Shown one piece after another: positions 61,266-64,000 of a stretch of DNA of 64,000 nucleotides (its first letter is position 1; the number at the start of each line of letters is the position of its first letter). The stretch comes from Chiloscyllium plagiosum (lineage: Eukaryota), in the NCBI RefSeq assembly GCF_004010195.1, contig NC_057719.1, forward strand, positions 55,696,000 through 55,759,999, written 5' to 3'. Below the pieces are notes generated by a model. The model was not told the DNA's origin and ran no database searches. It saw nothing but the letters and a program-made list of their open reading frames with translations. The position numbers and the translations under genes were made by a program.

Positions 61266-63578
61266 TTAGCGAGTTTTAAGAAGATTTGTAGCTCAGGTTA
61301 AGGCTTTGGATGTAAGTTTGCTCACTGAGCTGGAAGGTTCTTTTTCAGACATTTCGTCACCATACTGGGTAACATCAGCAGTGAGCCTCCGGTGAAGCAC
61401 TGGTGTTAGTGACCTGCTTTCTATTTATATGTTTAGGTTTCCTTGGGTTGGTGATGTCATTTCCGGTTCTTTTACTCAGACAGTGGTAGATGGGGTCCAA
61501 ATCGAGGTATTTGTTGATAGAGTTCTGGTTGGAATGCCATGCTTCTATGAATTCTCGAGCATGTCTCTGTTTGGCTTGTCCTAGGATGGATGTGTTGGCC
61601 TTCCTCAAAGTGGTATCCTTCCTCATCTGTGTGTAAGGATACTAGTGAGAGTGGATCATATCTTTTTGTGGGTAATTGGTGTTCATGTACCCTGGTGGCT
61701 AGTTTTCTGTCTGTTTGTCCAATGTAGTGTTTGTTACAGCTTTTGCAAGGTATTTTGTAAATGATGTTCATTTTGCTTGTTGTTTATATAGAGTCTTTCA
61801 AGTTAATTAGCTGCTGTTTTACTGTGTTGGTAGGGTTGCAGGCTACCATGATGCCAAGAGGTCTAATTAGTCTGGCAGTCATTTCCAAGATGTCTTAGAT
61901 GTAGGGGAGAGTGGCTCAAGTTTCTGGGTGCATTTTGTCTGCTTGTTTGAGTTTATTGCTGAAAAATCGGTGGACTGTGTTCATTGGGTACCCGTTCTTT
62001 TTAAATACGCTGTAGAGGTGATTTTCCTCTGCTCTGCGTAGTTCCTCTGTGCTGCAGTGTGTTGTGGCTCATTGAAATAATGTTCTGATGTAGCTTCGTT
62101 TGTGGATGTTGGGATGATTGCTTCCTTCGTTCAGTATTTGGTCAGTACGTGTTGTTTTCCTGTAGACACTGGTTTGAAGTTCCCCATTGGCTGTTCGCTC
62201 TACTGTGGCATCTAGGAATGGCAGTTTGTTGTTGTATTCTTCCTCTTTTGTGAACTTTATGCCAGTAAGGGTATTATTGATGGTCTTGAAGATTTCCTTG
62301 ATTTGTTCTGTTTAGTGATGACAAAGGTGCCAGAAACGGAGTGGACCCAAAGTTTGGTTGGATGGTTGGCACGGCTGTTTGTTCAAGACTCTGCATTACT
62401 GCCTCGGCTAAGAATCCTGACATTGGAGATCCCATGGGTGTTCCATTGGTTTGTCTGTAGGTGTTGTTATTGAAAGTGAAGTGGGTGTTAAGGCATAGGT
62501 CCACTAGCTTGATGATGTTGTCCTTGCTGATGAAGTTGGTGGCGTTTGGTGTACGTGTCTTTGGTTCTTCTAATAATGTTGTCAGTGTTTCTTTAGCCAA
62601 ATTGATGTTGATGGATATGAACAGGGCTGTTACTTCAAAGGAGACCATTATTTCATCCTCTTCTATCTTGGTGTGTTCAGGAATTCTTGGGAGGAGTGAA
62701 TGGAGTGGCGTGAGTTTTCTACTAAGTGTTATAGTCTTTGGTGGGGTTCCTTGTCTAATCTGTACTTTGGTGTTCCAGGTAGCATGACTATGGTCTGAGG
62801 AGGGCTCCTGGTTTGTGAATTTTGGGTAATCCGTAGATGCGTGGTGAGTTGGATCCGTCTGGTTTCATTTTTTGGAAGTCTGTCTTGTTTAATTCTCCAG
62901 ATTTCTGAAGTTTTTTAGTAGGGCTGTGATGCGGTTCTCTAGTTGTGGGGTCAGGTCTATCACCACCTGTTGGTAAGTGTAGGTATCTGCAAGCAACATG
63001 TTTGCTTTCTCAATGTAGTCTGTTCGGTTTAAAATGACTGTCAAGCATCCTTTGTCTGCAGGTAGGATAACAATGTTTTTATTTTTTTTGAGACCTTTTA
63101 GTGTATTTATTTCTTGTGTATTGAGTGTGTTTCCTTCCTTTTTTCTGCTTAATGTTGGTGCGACTGTCTGTCTGATGGTTTGCTGGGTTTCTTCTGTGAG
63201 TTTGTTGTCTTTCGCTGTTGTTTCTAATGCTGCTAAGAAATCCTTCTTGTTTGCATCCCGGAAGTTGTAATTTAATCCTCTTACTAAGACAGCTCTTTCA
63301 GTGTCTGTTAAGAGTTGGTCAGGTAAGTTTTTTTTAAATCCAGGCTTCTGTGTTGTCTGTGTTGTTATTTTGTGTGAGTTTGTCAATTTGGACCCCATCT
63401 ACCACCTTCTGAGAAAAAGAACTAGATATGACATCACCAATCCAGGAAACCTAAACACATAAATAGAAAATGGGACATAACACCAGCACTTCACCTGAGG
63501 CTCACTAATGATGTTACCTAGTATGGTGACGAAACATCTAAAAATTAACCTTCCAGCTCAGCGAACAAACCTACATCT
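61266..63578 (-). mobile_element. Penelope/Poseidon-type PLE with inverted 5' pLTR
   Basis: PADKG, VSFEVTALF, GTPMGSP, GIY-YIG IIYKIPCKSCNKHYIGQT...HEH; 63387-63578 is the inverted copy of 61308-61500. Confidence 0.93.
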
Positions 63579-63914
63579 AGATCAAATTCTAATTTTGTTG
63601 CTCACGATATGCAAGGACAATACTATAGTACCTGTGAATGTAGATAAAGATATTTTACAAATAAAACATATATTTTCAACAAAAACAACTCTGGTAGCAT
63701 ATATGGAGAGACAGAAAGAAACATGTTCATGTTTTGAGTTCAATATGACTCCTCTTCAAGATAGTCATACTGGATCCAGATCTCCTGGGTTTCTATAACA
63801 TTTTGAGTTTATATGTATTAAATCCATGAATACAAGCTCGTTTTATTTGTACCAAATAAGATATTCAGTCCTTTGTGCCTGTGATGGTTCTTATCAATTT
63901 AATGACTTAAATTG

Positions 63915-64000
63915 CCTTAGTGACAGGAGACAGAGGATAGTGATTGAAGGATGTTCGTGTGATTGGAGCCTGTTGTGCGGTGGTATATACAGGGACCATT
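63915..64000 (+). mobile_element. CR1 RT fragment running off the window
   Basis: LSDRRQRIVIEGC..DWSLL..GI.QG. Confidence 0.7.

Overview
Eukaryotic, repeat-dominated DNA. The tRNA-headed V-type (HE1-like) SINEs and the CR1 families point to a cartilaginous fish (shark), by inference. No host protein-coding gene is recognisable, so this looks like intergenic or deep intronic sequence. Contents: many CR1-clade LINEs (one full-length, one lacking ORF1, one with only its two termini); two Gmr1-like Gypsy LTR retrotransposons with integrase upstream of RT; several solo LTRs, one ERV-like; a Tigger/pogo-like non-autonomous DNA transposon; a Harbinger transposase relic in three pieces; and at least four Penelope-like element (PLE) families. 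The most notable signal is about a dozen minimal hammerhead-ribozyme motifs in the PLE terminal repeats, four with intact cores. They share one architecture: CUGANGA, one extra base, stem II, GAA, a 4-nt palindrome replacing stem III, and a 2-4 bp stem I. Many lie in short (160-300 bp) asymmetric hairpin mini-elements. Four N-gaps fall in young repeats and produce spurious long ORFs. All family names come from motif recognition by eye, not database searches, and boundaries of old repeats are approximate.
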